A DNA stretch of 63,121 bases, the filler included, from Nemertoderma westbladi (taxonomy: Eukaryota > Animalia > Xenacoelomorpha), in the NCBI GenBank assembly GCA_032718475.1. It is 4 parts of 4 records of this genome, joined end to end, with 100 filler letters (N's around TTAATTAATTAA, not from the genome) between each part and the next. Parts side by side here need not be neighbours in the genome. Positions count along the whole stretch, not along the records: positions 57,792 to 63,121 come from JAUCBJ010002714.1; 3 more parts are not named here. One strand, given 5' to 3'. Positions 60,692 through 63,121 of the stretch are shown piece by piece. The notes beneath the pieces were generated by a model. It saw only the letters and a program-made list of their open reading frames with translations. It was not told the DNA's origin and made no database searches. The position numbers and the translations under genes were made by a program. How positions within the stretch are numbered: the first letter of the stretch is position 1; every line of letters starts with the position of its first letter.

Positions 60692-62170
60692 TGCGTAGAC
60701 GCTGTGCCGACAAAGGTGCCGACACAGTTGTCGACATAGGTGCCGACACAGGTGTCGACATAGGTGCCGACACAGGTGCCGATGCAGGTGCCCATGCAGG
60801 TGCCGACACAGGTTCCGACACAGGTGCCGACACAGGTGCCGACTTAGGTGCCGACATAGGTGCCGACGCAGGTGCCGACACAGGTGCCGACATAGGTGCC
60901 AACACAGGTGCCGACAGAGGTGCCGACACAGGTTCCGACATAGGTGCCGACACATGTGCCGACGCAGGTGCCGTCACAGGTGCCTACATAGGTGCCGACA
61001 CAAAAGTAAAAAAAAAGTAAATTTTCTTCGGCCGCTAGGCCAGGGATTACGCACAAAGTCTGACGACTTATTTCCAGTGCGGCCCCCCAGAACTTTACTC
61101 TCCAGAGGAAACTCCAGTACTCATTTAGCTACCACTTAAGGATGCAAGGCAGAGATGCGCCCTGGCACAGGTGCAGACACAGGAACATTGCTCCCGACCC
61201 GCCAAAAAAAAGGTAGGGGCGACCTACAAGAGCAAAATTAAAAAAGCGGCAACAAACAATCGCATTCTATCCGCCGGTATAATAAGTTGTAACCCCCCCC
61301 CCCCCCCCCCCACATTGTATAACTTCCACTAGTACTTGTACAATTACGTAAACTAATTTTAAGTATAGTTTAGACTGACACATGAGGAGAATATAAATGG
61401 GTAATTGTTTAGACTCCTTGTGTCTTATCTTATGTAATTCGCTTGTTTAAAGTCTTCTGAATGATTATGCTGAAAAGGAATAATTATTTTTATATGAAGT
61501 TAATAATAACATACGGCAAGGTTTATTGGGTGAATGAAATATATGATTTAAGTTAATTATTGACAGCAGGATGTTTTTATACAACATGTGTCCCTATCGC
61601 ATGGGGTCTTCAGGTATGGTATAAATATAAAATATTTTTTGACGTGTGAAACCTTTGCATGGTGCCGACGGGGTTAATCTGCCACATAAAGCTTTTGGAA
61701 TTTGATTTTTCTGAAAGTTACAAATAGACAGTATATAACTTCACAACAAGGTAAGCCATTTAGTGAGATAAACATAGTGAGAGAAACCTGGAGTGCCTAA
61801 GTCGGCCACTATGTTGGCACCTATGTCGGTACCTGTGTCGGCAACTGTGTCGGCAACTGTATCGGCACCTGTATCTGCACCTGTGTCGGCACCTGTGTCG
61901 GCACATATCTCGGCACTTGTGAGGCACCTGTGTCGGCACCTGTGTCGGCACTTGTGTTGGCACCTGTGTTGGCACCTATGTCGGCACCTGTGCCGGCACT
62001 TGTGTCGGCACCTATGTCGGCACCTGTTTCGCCACCTGTGTCGGCACTTGTGTCGGCACCTGTATCGGCACCTATGTCTGCAACTGTATCGGCACTTGTG
62101 TCGGCACCGATGTCTGCACCTGTTTCGGCACCTGTCTCTGCACGGCACCTCTGTCGGCACAGGGTCTACG
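60692..62170. mobile_element. Foldback-like element with inverted 12-bp arrays (AGGTGCCGACAC)n
   Basis: Array 60703-61001 faces its reverse complement at 61793-62161. Outer IR gcgtagac.ctgtgccgaca / tgtcggcacag.gtctacgc. Confidence 0.75.
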
Positions 62171-63121
62171 CCCGAGCCAGACTAATAAGCCAGCTTGGTT
62201 ATTGTGTTTAGCTTACAAAATGATTGGCCGAGTACTTAAACAGGATTCTTTAGAATATATTAGCTAAATAATTTCGTTGAGGTGTTGACATGATGAATTA
62301 ATATCTCAGTATCAATACTATCGGCGGCATAAGGTAAGTTTTAAATTTTTTACAAATTGGGTCGCCTCCACGCCTAAAATATTTAATATATTACTTTATG
62401 AATTTAACATGTAACAATAATATGAGTTTATTGATTTCTTTGTTGGTTAAGTAAATTAAATAATATGCGATCTTTAATTATTTTTGCTAGAAATTTGTGC
62501 TGTTTGTATATTTGTGAATAGCTTCCAGTTCTATTTTGTGATATATTCAAAATAAATATAATTCTTTTAATTTTAATTCTTTATAATTTATTTTATTAAT
62601 AATTCTTTTAAAACACAAATTTTATGTTAAAACCTCTGCCTTTCATCAATCCTGTGTGCGCCTTTGGGTTGGGGTGGTGTAGATTATGAGTTCGAGTTCG
62701 CTCGACCTAGTAGTAGTAGTAGTAGATTATGAGGGAGGTTAAGGGGGCGGGGGGGGGGGCTTTTCCCTCTCTTTGATTTACTGGTGTTTGGTTAAATTTC
62801 TTAGATACCGAGTTTGTGATACAGTAGAATCACCCAATATTAATCTGTATCTCCTAACTGAGGCATCGTGCTGCGCGAAGGCCCCACGAACGAGTAGTGG
62901 TTGCATAGCCTTTCGGCACTGCCCAGCAAATCGGGGGCACAGCAAATTTCATCACCCCCCATGGTAGTGAGTGTGAAAGTAGATGTCACCTGTGATTGGT
63001 CCATGGTATGGTCACAGGAAATATCTCCATTCAGTAAATTCAGTGGTTTGGTGGTTTACGGCAAGATCTCAAATGTGCGGTCAGCAGAATATTATATATA
63101 TCACCCATTTTCACCCATTTT

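Noticed and set aside
60613-62211. Cys/His-rich (CRHRCRH) or GADT-repeat proteins
   Set aside because: Translations of a 12-bp array that is open in several frames on both strands.

Overview
AT-rich animal (invertebrate-like) genomic DNA with spliceosomal introns, dominated by transposons and tandem repeats. It consists of four contigs joined by artificial 100-nt spacers (44N-TTAATTAATTAA-44N), so adjacency across the gaps is unproven. Host genes: the last two exons of an adenylate kinase, two exons of a glycosylated extracellular protein, the terminal exon of a USP20/33 deubiquitinase, and the first coding exon of a secreted F-type lectin. The centrepiece is a young 10.6-kb BEL/Pao LTR element (8372-18978; 1087-bp LTRs with about 7 differences by eye; CCCTA target duplication) inserted in a 36-bp hairpin satellite. 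It is unusual in five ways. (i) Its gag-protease ORF is fused in frame to the integrase C-terminus, with RT, RNase H and the integrase core missing. (ii) In the env position it carries an intact 866-aa non-membrane ORF with a WRN/EXD-like 3'-5' exonuclease-fold region and zinc knuckles. (iii) It has no recognisable tRNA primer site, but a duplicated 13-nt site complementary to a sequence in its own LTR (candidate self-priming). (iv) The LTR holds three K-turn/cUUCGg hairpin repeats. (v) Small ORFs in the leader are coupled to gag by an ATGA overlap. Elsewhere: a Polinton-like end with a pPolB N-terminus and a branched hairpin, CRE, RTE and RTE-X-like LINE remnants, piggyBac-, Kolobok- and MULE-type non-autonomous elements, SINEs and several minisatellites. 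All calls come from reading the sequence by eye; no searches were run.
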